The position numbers were made by a program, and so were the translations under genes. Below, piece by piece: positions 45,174 through 54,829 of a stretch of DNA of 64,000 bases (its first letter is position 1; each line of letters begins with the position of its first letter). The notes beneath the pieces were generated by a model. The model had not been told where the DNA came from and ran no database searches. It worked only from the letters and a program-made list of their open reading frames with translations. The DNA is from a virus: positions 1 through 64,000 of the IMG/VR virus record IMGVR_UViG_3300047508_000265; one strand, 5' to 3'.

Positions 45174-45929
45174 ATGGCAAAGACATCATTCGTAAAGAAA
45201 GCAGAAGTAGTAGAATCTACTCCGGAATCAGTCACGGATACGACTGTCGCTGTGGCGCAGCCCAAAACGCTCGCAGTGCAACATGAGGGCAAGGATGACA
45301 TGTTTGGCGAGTGGCTCCCAGGAGACTCAAAACTCCCTAGGCTGAACATCAGACAAAAATCCAGTGGTGATGAACTACAGGAGAACTTTGAATTCGGAGA
45401 CCTTGTATTCGCCAAGAAAATCAAACTCGCAGATGAGAATTCAACTGTAACCGTAGTGCCTATTATTGCTGGTAAAGATTACCAGCAGAAGGTGCCATTC
45501 GGTGAGGGCCAAGGCGTAGTTTATCCTACTGCCCAAGCTGTAATCGACAATGGCGGAGTGCTGCAGTATAGCAAAGAGGCTGTAAACGAGCAGACCTACT
45601 TCGGTCCGAGAGCGCATATTGAACTTGCAATTAAGGCGCCGAAAGGCTTGTCGGAAGACGACCTCAACTACTTCCCATTTGAGTTTAATGGCGAAAGTTG
45701 GGCGGTCTGCCTGTTCACAGTAGCGTCTAGCGCTTATACATCATTCGCAAAAGAACTGGAAACACTGCGACGTCATAACGTAATCATGCGCAAAGGATTA
45801 ATATATGGCCAACTAGAGTTGACTACTAAGCAAAGGAATAAACCTGGACAATCATGGTTTATTCCTGTAGCTAAATTAGTCGGTGAAAACCCGCCTGAAT
45901 TAGTAGAGTTCTTAGAGAAGATTAAATAA
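45174..45929 (+). CDS. putative ssDNA-binding/recombination protein
   Basis: D..LPRLNI.Q N-terminal motif; W..P C-terminus; lies between exonuclease and polymerase. Confidence 0.55.
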   Translation: MAKTSFVKKAEVVESTPESVTDTTVAVAQPKTLAVQHEGKDDMFGEWLPGDSKLPRLNIRQKSSGDELQENFEFGDLVFAKKIKLADENSTVTVVPIIAGKDYQQKVPFGEGQGVVYPTAQAVIDNGGVLQYSKEAVNEQTYFGPRAHIELAIKAPKGLSEDDLNYFPFEFNGESWAVCLFTVASSAYTSFAKELETLRRHNVIMRKGLIYGQLELTTKQRNKPGQSWFIPVAKLVGENPPELVEFLEKIK

Positions 45930-45940
45930 CCAAACAACAT

Positions 45941-45975
45941 TGGACACGCGGGTCCAACCCCCGCACTGTCCATTT
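45941..45975 (+). terminator. hairpin after SSB, directly before the HNH ATG
   Basis: TGGACA.GCGGG-loop-CCCGC..TGTCCA followed by TTT. Confidence 0.55.
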
Positions 45976-46320
45976 ATGTATTACAAAAGTAAAAAATTTT
46001 ACAAGACACGGAAACGTTATGCTAAAACGCATCGAGTCGAGCTACGAATTAAGCAACGTCAATATAATAGAAAACTAAAAGAAGATATATTTAATCATTA
46101 TGGAATCGAATGCGCTCACTGTAAATTTTCTGATTTACGAGCTTTATCTATCGATCATATTAACGGGGGCGGCACTCAACATAGAAAAAAGTTTAAAAGT
46201 CCCTACTCTTTTTACATATGGTTGCGACAAAATAAATTTCCAAAAGGGTTTCAAACTCTTTGTATGAATTGCCAATTTATCAAACGACATACAAACAACG
46301 AAAGTACCCGAATAAAATGA
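45976..46320 (+). CDS. HNH homing endonuclease, family B
   Basis: YG.ECAHC...LSIDHINGGG..HR...YIWL..NKFPKGFQTLCMNC. Confidence 0.85.
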   Translation: MYYKSKKFYKTRKRYAKTHRVELRIKQRQYNRKLKEDIFNHYGIECAHCKFSDLRALSIDHINGGGTQHRKKFKSPYSFYIWLRQNKFPKGFQTLCMNCQFIKRHTNNESTRIK

Positions 46321-46850
46321 AACTAATCGGCATCACAGGACGCAAAAAATCAGGTAAAGATACAGCAGCGCGAGCCCTGATAACAGAAGGCTACTGGCCA
46401 CTGCGCTTCGCAGGCGGGTTGAAGGCGATGGTGGCATGCCTACTCACCTACATGGGCATAGAGCCCGCGACCATCGAGAAGATGATCGATGGCGATTTGA
46501 AGGAAATGCCTTTTCCATATCTGGAAGGCAAGTCTTGTCGACAGATTATGCAAACTTTGGGTACAGAATGGGGCAGGGATTGTGTAGGCAGGGATTTATG
46601 GGTTCACATTTGCATGGAACGAGCGAAGTCCTACGACAAGGTTGTCGTTACGGATGTTCGCTTTAAGAATGAGGAGAAAGCAATCAGGGAGGCAGGCGGA
46701 AAGATCGTGAAGATTGAACGACCTACATTGGTGAGAGACGATCACCCCTCTGAGGCAATTGACAAAATCCACCCCGATCTAATTATTATGAACACAGGAA
46801 CAATTAAATACCTACAGGAGAAAATTACTGAATATGCGCGAAGGAACTGA
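46317..46850 (+). CDS. deoxynucleoside monophosphate kinase
   Basis: IGITGRKKSGKDT; FA..LK; RQIMQTLGTEWGR; TDVRF.NE; H.SE. Confidence 0.88.
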   Translation: MKLIGITGRKKSGKDTAARALITEGYWPLRFAGGLKAMVACLLTYMGIEPATIEKMIDGDLKEMPFPYLEGKSCRQIMQTLGTEWGRDCVGRDLWVHICMERAKSYDKVVVTDVRFKNEEKAIREAGGKIVKIERPTLVRDDHPSEAIDKIHPDLIIMNTGTIKYLQEKITEYARRN

Positions 46851-47334
46851 GAAATTTAATGACGAAGCTAAAGGCGGCTATTCGTACGCCGAAAAACTTG
46901 CTCTGGTAGCACAAGAGGCCATGGATCCCTCCGAAATAGGTTTAGAGACCGCAGCACAAGCAAGAGCGAAAATTGTAGACAAGCCGCCTGCGTTAATGAA
47001 ACTCAGTGACTTCGTGACATTTGAGGCATCTGTAGTCCCGCCGCAACTCCGCGCTCACTGGGCCTACCAAGATTTAACAATTAAACCCGAGAATATGAAA
47101 GCTTGGGAGGCTGATTGGTGTGAACAGCACAAAAATGAATACGCTATCCAAGGCCTTCTCCACAGTGGCGGCTTGGCCGCACAAGTTGGCCAACTCTTCA
47201 CAGACCCGATACTGGGATTCTGTGAAATGTTGCGCAAAGCTGCAGAATTACTAGAAAAGAAATATGAAGAGCTTAAAAAGACAGACCCCAACCCTATCAT
47301 CACAAGAGACGAAGCTACTAAAGAAAGCAGTTAG
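46834..47334 (+). CDS. hypothetical protein
   Basis: ORF track, 166 aa. Confidence 0.65.
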   Translation: MREGTEKFNDEAKGGYSYAEKLALVAQEAMDPSEIGLETAAQARAKIVDKPPALMKLSDFVTFEASVVPPQLRAHWAYQDLTIKPENMKAWEADWCEQHKNEYAIQGLLHSGGLAAQVGQLFTDPILGFCEMLRKAAELLEKKYEELKKTDPNPIITRDEATKESS

Positions 47335-47764
47335 TTTATTTCCAAGCTTAATTGCAAGAGACTGCGGAAATGTTGAAGGAACTCCATGTAATGATCTTAA
47401 CCACAGATATGTTTGCAAGTATCATCGTTGGTTAACCAAAGCTCGTGCTGCATTAAAAAATGAAAAGAAAACGTAAACGAAGCCAGAGGTTTGACCGGCC
47501 CTTCTACCAAACAAAGCACGGACTCCGAGGAGGAATAAAAGACTCCTACGGAAAAGTGTATGAAGTCCGACCTGACGGATCGATAAAACGAATTTCTTCA
47601 AGACGCCATGAATAAATTACTAACCGCTTTACTTTTTATCCTTTCCTTCTCAGTTGGATTTTTTATTGGTTGGGCGATTCTAAACTATCCGTTGCCCGTA
47701 ATCGCAGCAACAATGATCATTCAAACCTTTACAAACAGACTTTAACAAATTAAAATGAAAGCAT

Positions 47765-47894
47765 GGACCTGCACAACTGGCTGGTGCTTTGGCGAAACGC
47801 CTAGACGGGTAGCGGGAACGGATTCTGTCCCGTTCAACCGCATCTCTCCCATCGCAAGATGGCGCCTTGTGAATTGCCTTAGGTGTGCGGGTCC
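47765..47894 (+). ncRNA. unidentified structured RNA element (130 nt)
   Basis: 11-bp closing helix GGACCTGCACA/TGTGCGGGTCC enclosing GGCG-AAA-CGCC, GCGG.GAACGG/CCGTTC.CCGC and CCATC-GCAA-GATGG. Confidence 0.55.
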
Positions 47895-47902
47895 TTTAAT
47901 TT

Positions 47903-48343
47903 ATGGGTTCCTCAATTAAATACTACAAAGAGCATCCAGAAAAACGTCGTGAACATATGCGACAATGGAGAGCTAACCGTCCGGGCTATAAATCTGCAGA
48001 AGGAAAATTATATCGTAAACGGTACCCTGAAAAAGCTAGATTATCTTGTCGAAAAAATTATCAAAAGCACAAACAAGAGAGAATTCAAAAAGGCGCCATT
48101 CATGCCAGAACTTATAGAGCCAGAAAACATGGCGCAACTATAGGAAACGCAAAAGACATCCTAAAAATTTATAACCGAGCGAAAGAACTGCGGCAATCTG
48201 GGTTTGATGTAGCCGTTGATCACATTTTCCCGCTTTCAAAGGGAGGAGCGCATTCTGTGGAAAATCTTCAAATAATTTACTCTTTTGAAAACTCTCAAAA
48301 AGGCGATCGGCTTAATTACATACCTTCTATTATTTTCAAATGA
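47903..48343 (+). CDS. HNH homing endonuclease, family A
   Basis: VDHIFPLSKGGAHSVENLQIIYSFEN. Confidence 0.9.
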   Translation: MGSSIKYYKEHPEKRREHMRQWRANRPGYKSAEGKLYRKRYPEKARLSCRKNYQKHKQERIQKGAIHARTYRARKHGATIGNAKDILKIYNRAKELRQSGFDVAVDHIFPLSKGGAHSVENLQIIYSFENSQKGDRLNYIPSIIFK

Positions 48344-50103
48344 TCACTTACGATTTTGACTACGAGACCTACTACGATCGTGATTTTTCAGTTAAGACCC
48401 TTGGAAATTGGATGTATACTCACGACGAACGTTTCGATGCTTATCTTCTCACTGTTGAAGGCGACAACGGTTACGAGTGGGCAGGGAATCCAAAAGAATT
48501 TGATTGGGAAAGATTCAATGGACAAATCGGAGTAGCGCACAATGCAGGATTTGACTTCGCGGTAACAGAACGGCTAAAGGAATTAGGCATCGCGCCAGCT
48601 TTTACATGGGCAGAACTTTATGACACTGCTGACCTTGCAGCCTATCTCGGCTACCCACGGAGTTTAGCTTCCGCATCTTTTCATCTTCTAGGCGTCAGTC
48701 TTAGCAAGGAAATACGCGACAAGGCTAAAGGAAAGCATTGGAATGAAATGACGCCTGAATTCCAGAAACAAATGCTCGCCTATGGCAAGAATGACTCCAA
48801 AATTGGGCTACGTCTTTGGAAAGAGCATGGGCACAAGATGCCACAATGGGAACGCGAGCTATCCAGATTGACGAGAGAAATGTGCTGGCGGGGAGTTCCT
48901 ACAGACCCAGCAAAAGTCAAGGCAGCTATCACAAATCTTGAGACCCGCTTGATCACAGCACGGTCGTTGATTCCATGGGTTAAGGATAATCCAGAGGCGC
49001 CAGTATTGTCATTGAAGCAAGCAGGACTGGAAGCTCGCAAGCACGGCGTAGCACCGCCAAAGTCGTTTGCGAAAGATAGTGAGGAATTTGCAGAATGGGT
49101 TACGCAATACGGCGAAAAATTTCCATGGGCCCGCGGGCTAGGGGAATATCGCAGCGTTAACATGTTGCTCCAAAAACTAATTACACTCAAAGAAAGAACA
49201 GATTCGTCTGGCGTATTCCGTTATGGATTAAAATACTTTGGGGCGCATACAGGCAGAGACAGTGGTGACTCCGGTTTCAATCCACAAAATTTGGCAAGAA
49301 AACCGATGTTTGGGGTTGATGTTAGAGGATGCGTTATTACCGCTCCAAAAGGATATATTTTAGGAATCGCAGACGAGGCCGCTATTCAACCTAAAATAGT
49401 AACTCTTTTTTCAAAAGACAAAGAAATTTTGGATCTTCTGCACAAAGGGCAAGATATTTATGAGGCCCAAGCTAGAATATCTCATGGTTACACAAATCCT
49501 GAGCCTCTAAAAGAGAGCGATCCCGACTTCCGCAAACATATGAAAGTCGAGTTATTGGGCTGCATGTTTGGTGCTGGCGCCGCAAAAGTACAAATTATCG
49601 CCAAACAACAGGTAGGACTGGATATCTCCTTCTCCGAGGCAGAGAAGATTGTAAACACCTTTCGCAAAAGAAAATTTATTCCAAATTTATGGAAGCATCT
49701 TGAATCGCAAATAGCAAAATCTGCTCCAGGAGACTGGGAACTTGAACTGCCCTCAGGCAGAATAATGAACTACCGAAATGTACGAAGCTTTGGGAACACC
49801 AGTGCCGAAATTCCACGACTAGGAAAAATGCTGCGAGTAAAATTATGGGGTGGCACATTATGCGAAAATTTAGCCCAAGCGGTAGAACGAGATATAGTAA
49901 TGTGGCATGTTCTTCAAATAGTTAGTGCTGGATTTCAAATTCTGCTAAGAGCGCACGATGAATTAGTCCTATTATTAAAAGAATCCGAAGCAGAAACAAA
50001 ATTAGCAGAAGCTCTTGCTATAATGAGTCAGCCTCCGCCATGGCTTAAAGAATTTCCTGCTGGAGCAGAAGGGCAACTTAGCAAATCCTATAAGAAAATA
50101 TGA
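48340..50103 (+). CDS. polA: family A DNA polymerase with 3'-5' exonuclease
   Basis: Exo DYET, AHNAGFD, Y..D; HTGR..G...N.QN; motif A DEAAIQPK; motif B RKHMK...LG..FG; motif C HDE. Confidence 0.9.
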   Translation: MITYDFDYETYYDRDFSVKTLGNWMYTHDERFDAYLLTVEGDNGYEWAGNPKEFDWERFNGQIGVAHNAGFDFAVTERLKELGIAPAFTWAELYDTADLAAYLGYPRSLASASFHLLGVSLSKEIRDKAKGKHWNEMTPEFQKQMLAYGKNDSKIGLRLWKEHGHKMPQWERELSRLTREMCWRGVPTDPAKVKAAITNLETRLITARSLIPWVKDNPEAPVLSLKQAGLEARKHGVAPPKSFAKDSEEFAEWVTQYGEKFPWARGLGEYRSVNMLLQKLITLKERTDSSGVFRYGLKYFGAHTGRDSGDSGFNPQNLARKPMFGVDVRGCVITAPKGYILGIADEAAIQPKIVTLFSKDKEILDLLHKGQDIYEAQARISHGYTNPEPLKESDPDFRKHMKVELLGCMFGAGAAKVQIIAKQQVGLDISFSEAEKIVNTFRKRKFIPNLWKHLESQIAKSAPGDWELELPSGRIMNYRNVRSFGNTSAEIPRLGKMLRVKLWGGTLCENLAQAVERDIVMWHVLQIVSAGFQILLRAHDELVLLLKESEAETKLAEALAIMSQPPPWLKEFPAGAEGQLSKSYKKI

Positions 50104-50399
50104 GGGCCCGCGATCAAGCATATGTGGATAAAATCTTCAATCACTACGGACGGAAATGCATCTGTTGTGACGAAGATGAAATACGTTTCCTAACGATTGA
50201 TCATATCAACAACGACGGAAATAAACACAGAAGGAACTTCAAACAATACACCGGCGCCGCATTTTATCGTTGGATTGTGAAGATGGGATTTCCAAACGAT
50301 CTTCAAATCCTATGTGCTAATTGTAATTCAGGCAAACATCGTAATGGCGGTATATGCCCGCACCAAACAAAAGCGGCCAAAGAAATCGAGGAAGGGTAG
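50100..50399 (+). CDS. HNH endonuclease, family B (short)
   Basis: YGRKCICCDE....LTIDHINNDG..HR...FYRW.....FP..LQILCANCN. Confidence 0.85.
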   Translation: MRARDQAYVDKIFNHYGRKCICCDEDEIRFLTIDHINNDGNKHRRNFKQYTGAAFYRWIVKMGFPNDLQILCANCNSGKHRNGGICPHQTKAAKEIEEG

Positions 50400-50453
50400 C
50401 CTCTTTACTAGGACAAGTCTCTTCACAAACTCCAATGACCGCAGGATAACATA

Positions 50454-51047
50454 ATGAGAAAACCAGGAATTGAAACTTTTACTGGCAAAAGAGTTTTGAT
50501 TAAAAACACAAAACCGAAGAGCATTAACATATATGATATTGCTCGCGGACTGGCCATGACAGTTAGGTTCAATGGACAACTCGATGATTTCTTCTGCGTA
50601 GGACAGCATTGTATAAATGTAAAAAACATGCTGAAATCAATGGGCGAGCCCCCGCCTGTTCAAATGTATGGACTGCTTCACGACGCTCCTGAATTCGCTT
50701 TAGGCGATTTAGTACGACCGGTAAAAATAATGCTTCCCTCCTTTAAAAAACTAGAGACAGGAGTGATGAAGGCGGTGTTAAAGGCACTGGGACTCCGCAA
50801 ACAACTTGCTCTAACCAAGGAGCAACTCAAAAGTGTGAAGTTCGCCGACAACTATCAGGTAATCATTGAACGTCTAGCTCTTAAATCTGCAGCATGCAAA
50901 AAGAACGGTTGGAATGATTTTGGTCCTCAACCAAGAGAACTAGGAATGGACCCCAAGGCTAAAAGGAAAAAACTAATCTGCATGAGTTGGAAAACGGCCG
51001 AAAAGAAGTATCTTAAGGAATTCAAAAAACTGAAAGCGGAATTATGA
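50454..51047 (+). CDS. HD-domain nucleotide phosphohydrolase (YfdR/YfbR-like)
   Basis: IETFTGK...DIA..LA...RFNG...V.QH...LLHDA.E...GD...P.K...AD. Confidence 0.85.
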   Translation: MRKPGIETFTGKRVLIKNTKPKSINIYDIARGLAMTVRFNGQLDDFFCVGQHCINVKNMLKSMGEPPPVQMYGLLHDAPEFALGDLVRPVKIMLPSFKKLETGVMKAVLKALGLRKQLALTKEQLKSVKFADNYQVIIERLALKSAACKKNGWNDFGPQPRELGMDPKAKRKKLICMSWKTAEKKYLKEFKKLKAEL

Positions 51048-53155
51048 AATTCTTCTCTCTCCCAAACCTATCATCACAAGACGTTTCGGAGACTGATCCA
51101 CGCACAGCGAAGCGACCGGATTTTGCAGAGAAGGCAGAGTTCAGAGCTTGGTGTAATGATATCAAAACGCAGCATTGCTTCTACAATCACACGGAAGCAA
51201 TTACGCCAAGCCTGCGAGTAACCGTCAATAATGAGCCCTTTTATTTGCATGGCTTCACAGCAGATTACGATGCAGAAATAAAACAGAAGGAAGCGCTGCT
51301 GATCATTACACGTAACGCTCCTGCAGGACTCCTGCCGCGCTTCATATCGTCAACCTTCTCCGGCGGTATCCGTCTGACTTGGGAGTTCGAGGAACCTGTG
51401 CTTGTAGATCAAGGCGAACTGTCGGAGAAATTCATGAAGCTGCTGGTGGCAGAACTGGGAGCAAAGAATTTGGCAGCAGGGTTTGACGTCGCCTCCCTGA
51501 AACTAGGGCAGTATTATGAAGCAGGACGAAATTGGAACGAGATACCAAACTCCAAGCCAATCAGTAATAAGATTTTACAACTCATCTTCTTTCGAGCGGC
51601 AAATCAAACGACCATAAAATCTGAAGGACCGAAGATACCGATCGAAAAGGTGGCAGAGCAAGTGGAGAAACTATTCCCCAGCAGGGTGAAAGATTTCTCC
51701 GTAGGGCAGAGAGTCCCCTTATTTTGGGTAGAACCATTTGAGCCCCGAGTTGGTGCACAAATAGGCGATCTTGGAATGCTCTGCTACTCCACTCGCGCAG
51801 GCAAGAGCTTCGTTCCGTGGAGCGAAATCTTGGGCACGGAATTCATGAGAGATTATCAGGCGCAGAGAATTGGTGCTGCCGCGGAAGGGTTGTACTTCGA
51901 TGGACAGCACTACTGGCGGAAGGATTTCGAGTTTTACTGGCAGAAGGCTACGAAGGAAGACACGATCATGTGGCTCAAAAGTCAGGGCGTAAATCCTCGA
52001 CCGGAAACTAAGAGTTACGCCAGCGAGGCAGAGCGAGTCCTGTTGGTATCACAGGCACAGCATCGCGTGAAGGCAGCAGTGCCGATTGTTCATAATAAAA
52101 ACACCATCGTAGTAGATGAAAGCGGCAGTAAATTTCTTAACATATCTACCCGCAAGATAATGCAGCCCGCGGAAGAGGACGGAAGCTTCAACTGGATAGC
52201 GAAGTTCTTCCAAAATATCTGGGCGAAACCTACGGAGACCCAGAAAGATTTCTTTCTAGCTTGGCTACAACACGCCTATCAGAGTTGTTTAAATGGGAAG
52301 CCGGATCAGGGTCAGGCGCTTTTCATTGCAGGTCCGCCCTCAAGTGGTAAGACCTTCATGAATTACCACATCCTAGCCAAAATATTTGGTGGATGCGCCG
52401 ACCCTTCCGAGCTTCTGATGGGCCGCACAAATTTTAATAAGAATGAAAGTGAAAACTATTTGTGGGCGATTGATGACACTCGCGGAGCAGCGATGTGGGA
52501 TAGCAAGCTGAAGTTCGGCGCCAGTATCAAGAAATATGTAGCAAACCCCTATGTAAGATGTGAAGGTAAAGGAAAAGATGCAGCACAAATATCATGGAAC
52601 GGACGAATTGTTGTCACCTGTAATACTGACACCCGATCACTTGAAATCATTCCTCCCTTGGACGAAGAAGGAATACTCGACAAAATTAGTCTGTTTCTCT
52701 GGGACGGATGGAAGGCTCCATTTTTACCCAATAAAGGTACCGAAACCGTTGTGACCAAAGAGCTTCCCCACTTCCTGCGTTGGTTGATCGGATGGAAAGT
52801 GCCAAAGGAATGTGTTTCAGACAATCCTCGCTTCGCGGTCAACTCATACCACCATCCGGATTTGTTAGAAAGCACTCAGGATTTATCCAGCGGCGCCAGG
52901 CTAAAGGATTTACTGAAACACTTACTCGAATCACAAGATGGACTTGGAACAGGGAAGCAGTGGATGACCCCCACAAAACTCAGGGCTTGGTTGAGCAAAG
53001 TTGTGGGTTCCGGCGAATTAGTTGAATTTGGAAAGAATCGGATGAAAGAAGGTCTCGAAGAGCTTAAATTTAAGAGGCGAAGGAACGGAACCTCAACAGA
53101 GTATTTGGTTTACGACTCAGACCCTGAGGCGGGAGACAAACATCTATATGAATAG
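51044..53155 (+). CDS. primase / SF3 helicase fusion (DUF5906-like C-terminus)
   Basis: N-terminal ADYD...TFSGG; C-terminal GPPSSGKT, WAIDD, VVTCN. Confidence 0.75.
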   Translation: MKFFSLPNLSSQDVSETDPRTAKRPDFAEKAEFRAWCNDIKTQHCFYNHTEAITPSLRVTVNNEPFYLHGFTADYDAEIKQKEALLIITRNAPAGLLPRFISSTFSGGIRLTWEFEEPVLVDQGELSEKFMKLLVAELGAKNLAAGFDVASLKLGQYYEAGRNWNEIPNSKPISNKILQLIFFRAANQTTIKSEGPKIPIEKVAEQVEKLFPSRVKDFSVGQRVPLFWVEPFEPRVGAQIGDLGMLCYSTRAGKSFVPWSEILGTEFMRDYQAQRIGAAAEGLYFDGQHYWRKDFEFYWQKATKEDTIMWLKSQGVNPRPETKSYASEAERVLLVSQAQHRVKAAVPIVHNKNTIVVDESGSKFLNISTRKIMQPAEEDGSFNWIAKFFQNIWAKPTETQKDFFLAWLQHAYQSCLNGKPDQGQALFIAGPPSSGKTFMNYHILAKIFGGCADPSELLMGRTNFNKNESENYLWAIDDTRGAAMWDSKLKFGASIKKYVANPYVRCEGKGKDAAQISWNGRIVVTCNTDTRSLEIIPPLDEEGILDKISLFLWDGWKAPFLPNKGTETVVTKELPHFLRWLIGWKVPKECVSDNPRFAVNSYHHPDLLESTQDLSSGARLKDLLKHLLESQDGLGTGKQWMTPTKLRAWLSKVVGSGELVEFGKNRMKEGLEELKFKRRRNGTSTEYLVYDSDPEAGDKHLYE

Positions 53156-53378
53156 GCGAAACATCCACAAAACATATATGGCCATATACAAAACATATAT
53201 TGGCACTTATCTGCTTCAAGGCGAGAGCTTTAAGTCCTATTGAATGATCATTCATATATGTTTTTACTATTCTGTCCGCTAAACAAAAAAAAAGAGGAAA
53301 GTGTAAAGAAATGATACACATTATGGTCAAAGTGGGCCCTTTGGCGCTACGGACTTCAAAAACATATATACATATATG
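53138..53378. repeat. AT-rich iteron-like repeats AAAACATATAT (putative replication origin)
   Basis: Direct copies at 53169, 53190 and 53359; inverted copy 53254-53264; palindrome TGAATGATCATTCA at 53241-53254. Confidence 0.55.
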
Positions 53379-53609
53379 AACCCCTTAAAATGGTTTAAAT
53401 CCCTGTGGCCGCAGCAACGAGCCCAAGTCCCGTTGGATATCGCCGTTCGCAACGCCCTGCGAGTTTGCATCCAACCCGTTCAGCTTACCGAGGAGCAATT
53501 TGAGGCCCTCTACTGCCTCATTATGGAGAACGAGGTCTTGGCGCCAAATCACAAGGATGCTGGGGAGATTATTACTAAGTTCTTTAAGGAGAATAATATA
53601 CATATATGA
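53376..53609 (+). CDS. hypothetical protein
   Basis: First of a coupled chain of small ORFs. Confidence 0.6.
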   Translation: MNPLKWFKSLWPQQRAQVPLDIAVRNALRVCIQPVQLTEEQFEALYCLIMENEVLAPNHKDAGEIITKFFKENNIHI

Positions 53610-53893
53610 GCCGTCTGCGTTGCACTTGTGATCCTGATTCAGAGGGCTGCACTTGTGGTTATGCTTTTGCTGGCATTGACCTTTTAAACCCTGACACCTG
53701 GCACAACCCATACCCTATGCAAATAACACTGGAACAAAGAATCAAGGATGAGATTGAGTATCTGAAAGATCGAGTAATCTTCCTCAGTCGAGAAATAGAG
53801 GCAAGACATGCTCAGATTGAAGAGATCAAGAGATTTCAGTTGTCTTTGGAAACGAAACTAATGCTGAACAAAACCGATGAATCCCGAAAATAA
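53606..53893 (+). CDS. hypothetical coiled-coil protein
   Basis: ATGA-coupled. Confidence 0.55.
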   Translation: MSRLRCTCDPDSEGCTCGYAFAGIDLLNPDTWHNPYPMQITLEQRIKDEIEYLKDRVIFLSREIEARHAQIEEIKRFQLSLETKLMLNKTDESRK

Positions 53894-54058
53894 ATACACC
53901 ATAGAGGGCCTCGCCCCCGATCGCTTCCTGATTCAGGTAGAGCGCTCCGGGTATCCTCGCCTACTAATATGCACAGCACATTCCGAACCTTACGCCCGTG
54001 TAATTGTGATCGCCTTAATGGAAATTGACAAGAACCGCGGCATCAACTGGGATAGATT

Positions 54059-54409
54059 ATGAAGGTAAAACTTCGCCCTATGAATAAGAGATTTGTCGTG
54101 CCTATTTATGAAGCGCGAATTAGATTGGTTGTATCATATGATGTTACCGCGGAGCGTAAGAAATTTATACATTTGTTCGGTTCTGTTCCGGATGAATATT
54201 ATGACGCCGTATGTTCTTATTCAGGCTATGGTGATTTTGCCTTATTTTTTGAGTGTAAGCCCCTGTCTTTGAATGTTTTGTCTCATGAAGTATTTCATCT
54301 TACTCACCGCATTCTTGATTGGGTAAGCGCAAATTTTGATGGCGGGCACCATGAGCAGGGAGCTTTATTGCATGGTTATTTAATGGAGACTATAAAAAAT
54401 AAATTATGA
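54059..54409 (+). CDS. small HExxH metallopeptidase-like protein
   Basis: LSHEVFH...E..A.L.GYL. Confidence 0.6.
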   Translation: MKVKLRPMNKRFVVPIYEARIRLVVSYDVTAERKKFIHLFGSVPDEYYDAVCSYSGYGDFALFFECKPLSLNVLSHEVFHLTHRILDWVSANFDGGHHEQGALLHGYLMETIKNKL

Positions 54410-54505
54410 TAATTATTGGCCTTTGGATTACGATTACACATACTGATGTCTTGCTTCACCAGTTTACTCCGGATCAGTTTCCTGTACTTCAAGAGAAAGA
54501 GATTT

Positions 54506-54829
54506 ATGAAAGATAAAGGTAAGAAAATTCAAGCAGCGAAGGCGGCTAAGCAAGCTGTTTTCGGTAAGCAACTTATAAAAGTTAATGACGAGTGGTCTAT
54601 CGCCAGAATAGACGAATACAACTGGCAGATCAGGAAAAAGACCCTGCCCTATCCCAAAGCGCAGCCTTGGTATTTTGGGACTCTTCAGGGCGCTTTTGTG
54701 GCTCTTCCTGAGAAGATGCTTGATGAAGAGGCTAAAAACTCCATGGCGGAAGCCCAGAGAGACTACAGACGCTTTCTAGAAGTTGTCGAGAAGACTTTGG
54801 GGAAGATCGGAGTAGATACAAATAGATGA
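54506..54829 (+). CDS. hypothetical protein (DUF5405-like)
   Basis: I.VN.EW.I..D.YNW...WYF.TL..A pattern. Confidence 0.55.
   Translation: MKDKGKKIQAAKAAKQAVFGKQLIKVNDEWSIARIDEYNWQIRKKTLPYPKAQPWYFGTLQGAFVALPEKMLDEEAKNSMAEAQRDYRRFLEVVEKTLGKIGVDTNR

Noticed and set aside
47765-48343. HEARO/OMEGA-type RNA-guided nuclease (structured RNA + HNH)
   Set aside because: The HNH is 146 aa with no RuvC or PLMP parts, and its three paralogs have no upstream RNA.
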